A DNA stretch of 64,000 nt, taken from an uncultured virus (IMG/VR IMGVR_UViG_3300044637_002122) (lineage: Duplodnaviria; Heunggongvirae; Uroviricota; Caudoviricetes). Shown one piece after another: positions 9,801 to 16,996 of the stretch (position 1 is the stretch's first letter; every line of letters starts with the position of its first letter). Location of the stretch: IMG/VR virus record IMGVR_UViG_3300044637_002122; one strand, given 5' to 3'. The position numbers were made by a program, and so were the translations under genes. The notes beneath the pieces were generated by a model, which was not told the origin of the DNA, searched no databases, and saw nothing but the letters and a program-made list of their open reading frames with translations.

Positions 9801-12800
9801 TGCGTCAGCGCGTGCACGAAGCCCGGCCTGTTCTGACTCTGCTCCATCCTGGTTGCCCAGCGTACGTTGCCCGGCTCGTACCCTTTGTCCCCCTTGATTC
9901 GATCCAGGGAGTGCGCCGGAGTCGGCCTCGGCCCCGCGTCCCGCAGAAACGCCGCGAAGCTCTCCGCCCACTCCTCGTTCATCTTGATCCCCTTCGCCCC
10001 GTACTCCCGGTACGCCTGGTCCTTGGGATCTGCGCAGCGACTTCTCGCCTTTCGCCAGTTGTTGTACCCCGGCGTCCGGGATATTCCGCGCTCGCGCATC
10101 AATTACTCCTGCTGGCTTCTTGGCTGCATCCGACCGAGCCCACGACTTGAACTCGTCGACAGACATCTGCGTCACATCGCCCCGGCGGCGCGGCCCGGAT
10201 CCGTCGGAGAAGTGCGCGTCGTAGATGCGGATGGCCTCGTCTCGACTTTGAGCGCCGACGACCGATTTGGTTTCATCGAACGTGCCGTCATCGTTGTATT
10301 GATCGATGACAAACACCGGGGCGCCGGCCGTCGGCGATGCGTGCAAGTAGATGTCCACGCCGTCGCCATCGGCGCCAAGGGTTCGGCGGATATAGCCGTA
10401 GTGGGCCTTCATGCGAACGGACCACTTCTTGCCGCCGCGGTCCGTGCCGCTTCGAACGCTGCCCTCGGGGTTCTCGATGGCGATGTCCAGTCCATCGAAC
10501 CGAAGCATGCCGAGTTTGTAGTTACCGGCCGCCTTCTGCGCCGGCGTCGGCTCCTTGCGGTCGTTCTGCGGGCTCGTGGCCGCGGCATGCGCGCGCGCGT
10601 CGACCATGGCCTTGACCGCGGCGCGCGCCAGGGCGGCATCGGCGCGGCCGCTCAGGCGGACCTCGTCGCCGGTTCGCGAATTGCGAATGAAGAACACGCC
10701 GTCGCGGCGCTCGACGGTCTCGTAGCCCTGGTCGGCCAGGGCGTCGAGCTGGCGGCGGCGCTTGCGGATGACTGCGGGTTCGGCTGGGCTGCCGGCTTCA
10801 CTGCGCGGCGCAGTTTCAGCAGGTGCTGAAGAGGCGCGCTCAGCTGACTTGGTGGCCGCAGACGGCTGCCGGCGCATGATGGCGGCACCATCGTCCCTGC
10901 CGACGGTGCGGAACCCGAGCGACTCGTAGAAGCGCTCAAGGCGCGCGTCATCAGAGAAGCCTGTGGCGTCGAACGCCATCAGCTCAACCGGCAGGCCGGC
11001 CTCGTCTGCACGCGCAAGCAGGGACTGCATGGCGCGCCGGAAGGCGCCGCGGCCGCGGCTCTCGGGGCGGACGGCCGCGTCGTTGATCGTCACCTTGTCG
11101 TCGAGCACGTTGTACTCGATGGTGGCGCCGTCTTGCTCAAGCGTGTTGGTCTCACCTTCGCGCCACGGCGCCCTCTCGGCTGACCGACGAGGCTCCCGCA
11201 TCTGCTGCAGCTGCAGCTTGTCGGTGGCGCTCAGGTTGGCCGGGTTGACCGCAGCGTCCTGCAGAACGCGCATCTGCTCGGCGGTCATGCGCGCCCGGGC
11301 GGCGTCGACCACGGCCTTCTGCTCGGCGGTGCGCAGCGCGGGGATGGTCTTCAGCGCGGCGATCACGTCGTCGGCCGGCGGCGCGCCGGCGGGCGCCTTG
11401 GGCTGCGCCTGGTCGCGCTTGGCGGCCGCGGCGGCGCGCTCTTCGGCCAGGCGCTTCATGCGGCTGTCGCTGCGGGCCTGCTGCTCGGCGGCGGCCTGGG
11501 CGGCGACGTCCTGCCGGCCCGGCACCACCGTCTCGCGCGGCCGGCGGCCCAGGGCGATGCCCGTGGCCTGCGTCAGGCGCTCGTCGGTGGACGGCGGCGG
11601 CGCCAGGCTCTCGTCGATGCGGTCGTAGGGCTTGCCCAGGCCGGCCTCGGCGAAGATCTGCGCCTCGGCCGGGCTGGCCACGCCGCCGCGCTCCTCGACG
11701 TTGCGCAGGGCGCGGTCGATCACGGCCTGGCGCGGTTCGTCCTGGCGTTTGCTGGCATCGACCTGGCCACCAAGGGCGGCGGCCTCGAGGCGCGCCTGCT
11801 CGGCCGGCGTTACAGCCTGAGGCCTGTTCTCGCCGCCGACAGCCTGTGCGCTGTTGGCCGGCCTGGCGCCGAGGCGCATCTCCAGGTTCGTCTTGCGCTG
11901 GGCGTTAATCTGGTCGCGCTCGAACTGGGTGCCGGCCTGCTGGGCGCGCGCCGTCAGGGCTGCGTCGCGATCCACGCCGGTGCGGAGCTGGCCGATGCCA
12001 GGGCGCGCGCCAGGCTGGCGCACATCGCCCTGCGTGGCGCCGGTGATCTCGTCGATGTTCGGCTCGACCGTGGGCGCCGGGTTCGCGCCGGCCCACTGCA
12101 GGCCGGTCTCGATGCGGGTCAGGGCCTGCTCGCGCGCGGTCGGCTGGGCGCTCTTGCTGGAGGCGACGGCCAGGTCCTTGAGCAGGTCCTTCGCGGTGTA
12201 GTCGGAGCCCTCGGCGCGCAGGGCGTCGAGCACGCCCGGGTTGAGGGCGGACTTGATGGCGGCGAGGCGCGGGGCGATCTCGTCGGGCTGGGCGCCCGGC
12301 GTGGCCTCGCGCGAAGCATTGAGCGCCTCGTACTCCTTGCGCTGCTCGGGCGTGAAGATGCCGCCCTGCTGGCCGATGGCCTCAAGCTCGGCTAGGCGGG
12401 CGGCTGGGTCGGGCGGGGCCACGGGCGCCACAGGCGGAGACGCCGCCGTGCCAGCGACGGCCGACTTCGACAGCGGGCTGTTGGGCTCCTGAGCCTTCTG
12501 GATGACGGGGGCCATCTCGGGCGACTGCAGCGCCCCGGCGACGGCGCCGACGCCAGCGCCGCCAACGAAGCCCATGGTCGCCGCTCCGGCAGCGCCCTTG
12601 GTCGAGTCGATCTCGGGGTTGTACTGCGCCGCGGCGCGCTGGCCCTCGATGACGGTGGCCGCCTCTTCGACGGCTTCGGTGCTGCCCTCGATGCCGCCGG
12701 TGGCGAGCGCGTTGCCGACGCGGGTGCGGCCGGCGCCAGGCAGGCCGGCCAGCAGGCGCTCGGCGCCGATGACGCCGGTGGCGGCGCCAAGGATCGCTGG

Positions 12801-13970
12801 CAGCACGCGCGCCTGGGCGGCCGCCTTCTGGGCGATGGCCTCCTTGATCTGGGCCGGATCGGTGATCCCCTGGCGGATCAGCTGCTGAGCATCGGGGCTC
12901 TGCAGAATGACGTCGTCCGGGGACTTCATGACCAGCTCGTAGGCTGTGCCGGCTGCGTCGCCGCCGCCCATGGTTGCGCCGGCCACCGCGCCGCCCGCCA
13001 GGCCAGCTCTTGCAGCCCCGCGCGCGCCGACACCAACCGCCTGCGCAAAGCTCGACGCGCCCTTGACGGCCGCGCCGGGCAGCACAAAGGAGCCGGCAAC
13101 CTGGGCCGCTGTCAGCGCCGGGTTGCGCGCCATGTAGCCGAGCATCGTGGTGACCTCGGCGCTGGCGTCCGGGGCGGCCTCCATGTCGGCAGCCAGGCGC
13201 TCCTTCTCGGCGCGCACGACGTCGCTCTGCTTCTCGACGCCGGACTGGATGAACTCTTCAACGGCCTGAGAGAACTGATTGCCGGGCGAGACGAAGCTGC
13301 CAACCGCGCCGGCGGCACCGGCCACAGCGTTGCCGAACTCGATGACCGTGTCGTTGATGGCCTCGAATACGCCGCGGCTTCGCGTGGGCGCCGGCGGCCG
13401 CGGATCGAGCATCTCGCTGCGCGGGCCGCCGAACCTGCTGGTCGGCTGCTGCGGCGGTGCTGCGGCAAGACTGCCGCCCATCGCGGTCGCGGCCATCCTG
13501 GCGGCCGCAACGCCCTTGTTGACGTAGTCCGGGTCTTCCGCGTAGCCGCCCTTCTTGAGCTCGGCGAAGTACCGGCCTGCGTCAGAGCCAGATCCGGCCG
13601 CCGTGCGGTAGCGCCTTGCGATCAGGCCCGCGAAGTCCTCCCCGAAGCTGTCCGGCGACTCGTAGGCCCGGTACGCGTCGCGCGACCCGGTCATGTTGTC
13701 GGTGGCCTGCGGGCCGGCGCCGGTGAAGTCCTTGATGTTGCCCAGGTTGTTCGTGCCCGGGATGACGCTGCGCCCCCAGCCCGTCTCAAGCCCCCACTGC
13801 CCCAGCAGCACCGCCGGCTCGACGCCGATCTTGCCGCCGACGCGCTGCGCCACGGGGCCGTACTGCTGCACGAATCCCTCGACGCCGCCGGCCTGGGAGG
13901 CGGGACGCGGTTGCGATGCACCAAGCTCTTTGGCGGACTCGGCGATCAGGCTCAGGATGGGATCTTGCAT
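3801..13970 (-). CDS. Giant polyvalent virion/ejection protein 1 (3389 aa): GH73/FlgJ-like glucosaminidase, Gly/Ala-rich membrane segment, GNAT, InPase, zincin metallopeptidase, 4 ART-like domains, HhH-glycosylase-like domain, HDxxGH domain
   Basis: N-terminal QWGLETGWG..NNLGNIK..GGYAEDPDY (GH73). RPESRGRG..RFYESLGF (GNAT). AGNYKLG..IAIENPEGSVRSG..HYGYIRRTLGADGDGVD (InPase). HEFLH at 9189-9203 with downstream EELVSD (zincin). WHGS, GIHFS, YHGT, YHGS (ART-like). WYDGA..AVLSPQKDW..KVRNFYNN..VTIDTH..MQSIAWE. NDLFRAVHDAFGH..GEENAW..ETRGQNS. Lies directly after the ejection-protein genes. Confidence 0.9.
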   Translation of the reverse strand: MQDPILSLIAESAKELGASQPRPASQAGGVEGFVQQYGPVAQRVGGKIGVEPAVLLGQWGLETGWGRSVIPGTNNLGNIKDFTGAGPQATDNMTGSRDAYRAYESPDSFGEDFAGLIARRYRTAAGSGSDAGRYFAELKKGGYAEDPDYVNKGVAAARMAATAMGGSLAAAPPQQPTSRFGGPRSEMLDPRPPAPTRSRGVFEAINDTVIEFGNAVAGAAGAVGSFVSPGNQFSQAVEEFIQSGVEKQSDVVRAEKERLAADMEAAPDASAEVTTMLGYMARNPALTAAQVAGSFVLPGAAVKGASSFAQAVGVGARGAARAGLAGGAVAGATMGGGDAAGTAYELVMKSPDDVILQSPDAQQLIRQGITDPAQIKEAIAQKAAAQARVLPAILGAATGVIGAERLLAGLPGAGRTRVGNALATGGIEGSTEAVEEAATVIEGQRAAAQYNPEIDSTKGAAGAATMGFVGGAGVGAVAGALQSPEMAPVIQKAQEPNSPLSKSAVAGTAASPPVAPVAPPDPAARLAELEAIGQQGGIFTPEQRKEYEALNASREATPGAQPDEIAPRLAAIKSALNPGVLDALRAEGSDYTAKDLLKDLAVASSKSAQPTAREQALTRIETGLQWAGANPAPTVEPNIDEITGATQGDVRQPGARPGIGQLRTGVDRDAALTARAQQAGTQFERDQINAQRKTNLEMRLGARPANSAQAVGGENRPQAVTPAEQARLEAAALGGQVDASKRQDEPRQAVIDRALRNVEERGGVASPAEAQIFAEAGLGKPYDRIDESLAPPPSTDERLTQATGIALGRRPRETVVPGRQDVAAQAAAEQQARSDSRMKRLAEERAAAAAKRDQAQPKAPAGAPPADDVIAALKTIPALRTAEQKAVVDAARARMTAEQMRVLQDAAVNPANLSATDKLQLQQMREPRRSAERAPWREGETNTLEQDGATIEYNVLDDKVTINDAAVRPESRGRGAFRRAMQSLLARADEAGLPVELMAFDATGFSDDARLERFYESLGFRTVGRDDGAAIMRRQPSAATKSAERASSAPAETAPRSEAGSPAEPAVIRKRRRQLDALADQGYETVERRDGVFFIRNSRTGDEVRLSGRADAALARAAVKAMVDARAHAAATSPQNDRKEPTPAQKAAGNYKLGMLRFDGLDIAIENPEGSVRSGTDRGGKKWSVRMKAHYGYIRRTLGADGDGVDIYLHASPTAGAPVFVIDQYNDDGTFDETKSVVGAQSRDEAIRIYDAHFSDGSGPRRRGDVTQMSVDEFKSWARSDAAKKPAGVIDARARNIPDAGVQQLAKGEKSLRRSQGPGVPGVRGEGDQDERGVGGELRGVSAGRGAEADSGALPGSNQGGQRVRAGQRTLGNQDGAESEQAGLRARADAPRQDDDIGGVGSRAGNSGRSDLQEGAAGPFGERSPRARLDASGGASAQPNSGRRDASTQGVGAQGGDSSRYAAEAPGQGDGVASGANQAGVTPALSVDPDRAPGTTFTVRMDGKNVEFKRADVSQLAETESPERDGKARRISRKSAALISAIGAAMGKRVQFFEDVNGERPGDGFVRPADPDTIYLNTVSTINPLSVFGHEFLHTLRQTNPQAWDAIAAVVKTRVKNPKGFRRDYYGAEEADARGDGALSEERDGELEELVSDLGGNLMADQSFWREVFAKIYADNGKDAKGTIARLIAQLQGLIDMAVAAVKGPRFRADRFISDMDAIRAAYRDGLAAYLKESGKSKAGMQAEVLRSVNGVSMSPARKTDDKTIYWHGSPSGDLRGGSTGLHLGTKLAATQALEARIGVPATGEWDGAREYGSTLLAGKKTLKRLQEERGYFLTTGLNAGSRGNPVPDEDYLPQVELKYADGTPMPMSVRPSVRPFRLNTEMSNFKFQPHEDFKANGYMSAAKKRGTARRGYYYSNVAEDSGSISVVVPDGSHVTPVDDSEVTKSPERGIHFSKKQLTAINGAYYGTGLKGLEAERLALSDDPRLKTRVYFYVDEGNGVRPEAGVGGYAHEVELPKLYDAKANAEKLWNSGDLNGTESRILDAGYAGYFVKKHETGQGFAVVIGDAAKSMPAKPIANPKIAGPISTGVPETIKAAPSSKEIDLIDVGNIPGATLRAGMLRFPADSREQANAEMARIGSDLRFSKERLSTPAEEVAAVRKQYEGTDKWLKAPDGTATRLTERQWLHVRTPSFKKWFGDFEKFAGRRGGVWADDKGEVSKVVGRNGEPLVVYHGTDKGGFSEFSRPGGSQRGDLGIFTTDERGVARTYVHRGRARDIGPGDIEEDGEYRDPVAGIYALFINIRNPQESDFEGANWDGSRNGQYMVVDDDGEQLYADDGRGYFEDRDDAFSLVMSKGGNIEPAQDHYETTDSVVREARRSKNDGAIIRQVTDDGGGGGGWYEASDVFVAFEPNQVKSADFNDSTYSADEDDIRRSAVRDVTEAPEFKRWFGNSKVADSRGRPLAVYHGSGSPNIRSFRRGVDGAGWFSESPGLASQFAEEGGGGRGDTVYPVYLALQNPLDVNTPEGRAIMAQANNDRPGLSTEEQLSPLGYDGVIANEGGGRVTYLAFRPEQIKSVFNRGTFDATDPDITRSVAREPRERVHGFEVSTREPYAKPTKDFAPEDSRRDLLISDFASGLGQSKWLSAVSELVEGYPNYRAAATANAPEKKLERTVRQMVENLLWLHDQVPADTRNRSKLWYDGARAIAERWSRKYSISDAQAAGILAVLSPQKDWFMNVSLANRVADIMTDRQAFRWSKQMDETSARIFGKEAYQEDIDAIRGQTLQDLDDAYLRAMWLRVYDQAHNPSSFYIVSPEGDFVAEARTKDGTLGRVAWGGNSTIAKAVSVFDNGSFENISAQLGRKHKVRNFYNNILVPNSPNGHVTIDTHAVAAALLRPLSGNSIEVMHNFGGPKSAHAGLEGTYALYEEAYRRAAAERGILPREMQSIAWEAVRGLFVPTFKAQRRNVEAVDGVWTQFQKGRLSYENARKQVLELAGGIEAPSWAGRDPGAYVEDEPAADDGDLAADGVPAGDSAADGGDSGRRAGASARRSRARDGERGDEGRSLAPLAGAPSIAGATGPDPRLVEVAERYAASRGIQLRRQAEYVKVDPERAKRIAEAYDAMPHAPQDPAVKAAYQDLIQQTRAQYDALVGAGYKFWFMDPEADPYAGNPWNAMRDLRANQRMAVFPTAAGFGTSDFDPAANPLLADAGLEWGFGSPDGQKKRVLVNDLFRAVHDAFGHGLEGAGFRADGEENAWQAHVRLFTGPAVGAITSETRGQNSFLNYGPHGEKNRTAKVADTVFADQKTGLMPDWTWTEGRAEDAVQGPSAPPSPPADLVKIFEDMRSSPGARKSAKAAAAAHPLSAKIQEIERDFLDILDELETSQVLGINCD
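4715..5026 (-). CDS. Small protein (103 aa) nested in the +1 frame of the giant ORF
   Basis: AAAGGA lies 10 nt upstream of the ATG. The sequence is protein-like and amphipathic (LARMLKMNRPLTMETWLRMEYPQGIPRLTAEILAGVPAPLR), while the host frame here reads as a D/G/A/R low-complexity linker. Confidence 0.55.
   Translation of the reverse strand: MKTPENKSSNLLEALKPLAGRDATLARMLKMNRPLTMETWLRMEYPQGIPRLTAEILAGVPAPLRAAAEPETESEGMRAEALRRLRARRLSQAQPAPTRDSSK
9527..10099 (-). CDS. HNH-type homing endonuclease with two C-terminal HTH-like repeats, nested in the +1 frame of the giant ORF
   Basis: AGGAG (10106-10110), 6 nt, then ATG at 10099. Motifs WRKARSRC..YGAKGI..EW..SFAAF..D.GPRP..SLDRI..GYEPGNVRWAT..Q..N are typical of phage HNH endonucleases; followed by repeated TLAEWARELGI / PLKAWARKVGI modules. 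Confidence 0.85.
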   Translation of the reverse strand: MRERGISRTPGYNNWRKARSRCADPKDQAYREYGAKGIKMNEEWAESFAAFLRDAGPRPTPAHSLDRIKGDKGYEPGNVRWATRMEQSQNRPGFVHALTHRGKTMTLAEWARELGIPAGRIYKRVQQGLSASEALEPGLMPRGAPPRNLTLDGETLPLKAWARKVGIHPDTLRKRLDKGMELRQALIKPA

Positions 13971-13976
13971 GTGCGG

Positions 13977-15587
13977 TCAGTAGCCTTGGTTCAGCATCTC
14001 GGCAGCGGTGTTGCCGAGTCCGGGTTCTACCTGCCAATCGAGGCCGAGGCCCCCTGGCGTCTTCTTTTCCCGCTTCGGCGGATTGACGAGACTTTTCGGG
14101 AGGTGTGACGAGAAGAGGCCACCGTAGGCCGCGACGCGGTCCTGCGTCATCTTGACCACCGCCTTGATCTCGTCCTCCGACGGCGCGCGGCCAAGCGCCT
14201 CGGTGAGGCTCTGCATGCCTTGCTGCGAGCGCTGGGCGGCCTCAATCTCGGACATGACGGCCTTGAGTTCCGCCGGCGAGCGCGCGGCGCGCAGGAACAG
14301 CTCTCGCTGCTCGACAGGGGCGGCAGACAGCTGGTCGCGCGCCACTTGCTCGAGCTCTTCCTTCTTCAGCCCGCCCGCGGCGCCAGGCTTGCCGACGCGC
14401 TCCACAATGAAGGACGAGCCCTCCATCTGCAGCTCGCGCACGATCTCTCCGGTGCGCGGGTTGAAGTTGAGGCGCAGGCGATCGGGCTGCGTGACAGCGA
14501 CGGCCGCCACCTCCGCAGCGCGAGTCGCGTCTAGCTGAGGCACGCCATCGGCGTTTCTCGACTGGTCGTAGAACTGCCGCGCCAGGCGGCGCAAGCGCGA
14601 GCTGTCGGCGGGCGTGGTCTGGTCCTTGAAGTTGGAGCTATCGACGATGAACTTGACCGCGTCGTCGATGTCCTTGTTCTGGTCGACCGGCTTTGCGCCC
14701 GCCCGCGCCGAGCCGCCCGCGCCGCCCGCACCACCAGCCGCCCGAACCTGCGCCGCCGTCGGGGTTGTGTTGCGACCGATCACCTTGCCGGTGAGCGGCT
14801 GGTAGTCGATCTCGCCGGGCCTCAGGGTCCGAGGCTTTGACAGCTCCTCCTCGATCTTGCGCTGCGACGCGGCCTTGGACTGCACCCAGGCGTCGAACGT
14901 CTGCGGGCTGAAATACTGCTCGGCACGCAGCAGCAGGTCGTCCTTGTTCTTCGCGTCGAGGGTCTGCTCTTGGCCCGTATCCTCGTTCCTGATGCGAACG
15001 CGCACGCCGCCGGATGAGGTGGGCTCGTAGCCCAGCACCTTGGCCGGCAGGGGGTCTGAGTTGTAGATGTCCTGCAGCGACTGAGCCAGCTCGGCGATCG
15101 ACATCGACTCTGCGCCGGCGCGAACCTGGCCGAAGCGTTGCGCGCTCTCAGCGAACTGGGCCTTGTCAGCGGCGTCGTACAGGGTCTGCGCAGTGTTGAG
15201 GTCTCCCTCCTTGCGGTAGATGTCTGCCCGCTGCTTGATCTGCAGCCACTTCGGTGCTTGGCGGGTCTGCATCACCGGCAGGGCCGCGGCGGACGGGGTG
15301 TCTTCGTCGTCGACCGTGATCTGCTTGACGGTCGCGTTTCTGGTGTCGACTTCGCGGGTGGTCGGGATGTTGCGCTCGGCCTCGCGAATGCGATCGAGGC
15401 GCGCCTGCTCGTCGACCTGGCGCTGGCGCTGCTGCAGGCCGAACGCGCGATCGACTCGAGCGTTTTCTCGCGCCTCGCGGAGGTAGGCCCGCTCCTCATC
15501 GATGTCGCGACGGCGGTTGTCGTCGTCGATTCCGCCGCGGATGGCCTGGTATGCGCCAGAAACTGCGCCGAGAAGTCCGAGTGACAT
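13977..15587 (-). CDS. Putative internal virion/ejection protein (536 aa)
   Basis: Lies between the small ejection protein and the giant protein; N-terminal GLLGAVSGAY followed by an R/E-rich coiled coil; no Cys. Confidence 0.6.
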   Translation of the reverse strand: MSLGLLGAVSGAYQAIRGGIDDDNRRRDIDEERAYLREARENARVDRAFGLQQRQRQVDEQARLDRIREAERNIPTTREVDTRNATVKQITVDDEDTPSAAALPVMQTRQAPKWLQIKQRADIYRKEGDLNTAQTLYDAADKAQFAESAQRFGQVRAGAESMSIAELAQSLQDIYNSDPLPAKVLGYEPTSSGGVRVRIRNEDTGQEQTLDAKNKDDLLLRAEQYFSPQTFDAWVQSKAASQRKIEEELSKPRTLRPGEIDYQPLTGKVIGRNTTPTAAQVRAAGGAGGAGGSARAGAKPVDQNKDIDDAVKFIVDSSNFKDQTTPADSSRLRRLARQFYDQSRNADGVPQLDATRAAEVAAVAVTQPDRLRLNFNPRTGEIVRELQMEGSSFIVERVGKPGAAGGLKKEELEQVARDQLSAAPVEQRELFLRAARSPAELKAVMSEIEAAQRSQQGMQSLTEALGRAPSEDEIKAVVKMTQDRVAAYGGLFSSHLPKSLVNPPKREKKTPGGLGLDWQVEPGLGNTAAEMLNQGY

Positions 15588-15596
15588 CTTGTCTCC

Positions 15597-16544
15597 TTAC
15601 CAGCCGCCAGTGGCGCCCGGACCGTAGGTGTTTGTCGTGTGCGGCTGCGTGGCTGCCGGCGAGAAGAGCCCGCCGAGCCCAGCCTTGATGCCACCCCACC
15701 CGCCGGCCTGATTCCACATGGAGCCGGTCATCTGCCCAAGGCCCTGGGCGACATTGCCCCACATGGCGGCCTCGCCAGCGCGCGCGTTGGCGAGCATGGT
15801 GCCGGAGCGGATAATGCCGCCGACGCGGGAGTCGTAGGCGTTGTTCATGAAGTTGGCGCCAGGCATGGTTGCCCGCGATGCGGCGTCAGACGCGCCCGAG
15901 GCGCCAGCGTTGGAGTTGTTGCTGCCGGCGAAGAACTGGGCCGAGGTGTTGGGCATGTTGCGCCCGAAGTTGGCAACACCAGACCGCAGAGCGATCGCCT
16001 TGTCTTCGGTGGCGGTCGCCGCACCAGTGGCCGCGCCGCTTGCGGCCGCAGCCTGGGCCAGGGTGTCCTTGGCCAGCTGCCCGGTGCCGCCGCTCGAGGA
16101 CAGGCCGTAGCGGCCCAGCGCGCGCGTACGCTGGCCGATGGCGTTGCTGAACTGCTGGTTCACGTTAGCCGCCGCCTCGCCGGACTTGCGGCGAACGTTG
16201 GCCTCAGAGTCGTACCCCATCGCGTCGGCGGCGACCCGCCGCTCTAACGGCAGGAAGGTGCTCCGGTACTCGTCGCGCTGCTCCTCAGCAAAGCGCTTCT
16301 GCTGTTGCGACGTGTCGAGGTAGTCCTCCGCCAGAAGCATCTGCAGCTCTTGGTTGGCCTTGTTGGACGGAGCGATGTCGTTCTCGTAGACCCACTTGTT
16401 CCAGTCGAACTGCTCGCGAGACAGTTCGTCAGAGCGGGCGGCGGCGTCAGCAGCTGCTGCGGTGGCGCCCTTCTGAGCCTTCGACGCCTTGTTAGCCGAG
16501 TAGACGGTGGCGCCCACAAGCGCGGCCCCAGTGATTGCAGCCAT
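15597..16544 (-). CDS. Putative small ejection/pilot protein (315 aa)
   Basis: Likely start MAAITGAALVGATVYSANKASKAQK with GAGGAGG SD and a TAATG overlap with the upstream stop; Ala/Gln/Gly-rich like podoviral ejection proteins. Confidence 0.65.
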   Translation of the reverse strand: MAAITGAALVGATVYSANKASKAQKGATAAAADAAARSDELSREQFDWNKWVYENDIAPSNKANQELQMLLAEDYLDTSQQQKRFAEEQRDEYRSTFLPLERRVAADAMGYDSEANVRRKSGEAAANVNQQFSNAIGQRTRALGRYGLSSSGGTGQLAKDTLAQAAAASGAATGAATATEDKAIALRSGVANFGRNMPNTSAQFFAGSNNSNAGASGASDAASRATMPGANFMNNAYDSRVGGIIRSGTMLANARAGEAAMWGNVAQGLGQMTGSMWNQAGGWGGIKAGLGGLFSPAATQPHTTNTYGPGATGGW

Positions 16545-16996
16545 TACATCCTCCTCAGGATCTTGGTGAATGCCTTCTCCGTGTGCCCGTAGCCGGCTCG
16601 CTCGTACAGCTTGTCGGCCTGGCTCGGAGAGGTGTCCAGCGATAGCATTTGGATGGCCGAGCATCCGGCCGCGGAGCACTCCTGCTCAAGGCGCTGCAGC
16701 AGCCGCCAGGCAGTCAGGCCGCCGCGAGACTCGGGTTCAACCCACCAGAAGACCTCGTGTGCACACAGCACGTCGTGGCAGAACATGAACGGCGCAACGA
16801 AGACGCCGACCATTCCGTCGGCAGAGCCGCCGCGCTCGGACAGCAGAACGACCCCGTCGTCGACCAGGCGCTGCACAAGATGGCGCGATGAGTCGCGGCA
16901 GAACGGGGCCCACTCGCGGTACTTCGTCGTCGCGTAGAACCTCTCGCCCATGTCGACGATGACGTCGATGTCGGCCTGGCCGGCGCGCCGGATCAA
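16544..16996 (-). CDS. GNAT-family acetyltransferase-like protein (positionally like T7 gp13)
   Basis: MIRRAGQADID..EVFWWVEPESRGG..LYERAGY. Confidence 0.8.
   Translation of the reverse strand: MIRRAGQADIDVIVDMGERFYATTKYREWAPFCRDSSRHLVQRLVDDGVVLLSERGGSADGMVGVFVAPFMFCHDVLCAHEVFWWVEPESRGGLTAWRLLQRLEQECSAAGCSAIQMLSLDTSPSQADKLYERAGYGHTEKAFTKILRRM

Noticed and set aside
9527..10110. Group I intron or intein as carrier of the nested HNH
   Set aside because: No flanking space for a ribozyme core, no C...HN intein motifs, and the host frame is open without splicing.
5261..13924. Other same-strand shifted-frame ORFs inside the giant gene (e.g. 8422-8673, 7433-7843, 10652-10951)
   Set aside because: They have the R/S/T/P-rich composition of off-frame reads, and the host frame encodes folded domains over most of their length.
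144..13983. Long plus-strand ORFs opposite the giant genes (e.g. 6168-8459, 4566-6044, 1191-2207)
   Set aside because: Antisense shadows of GC-rich codon usage, with no motifs; the minus strand carries the recognisable domains.
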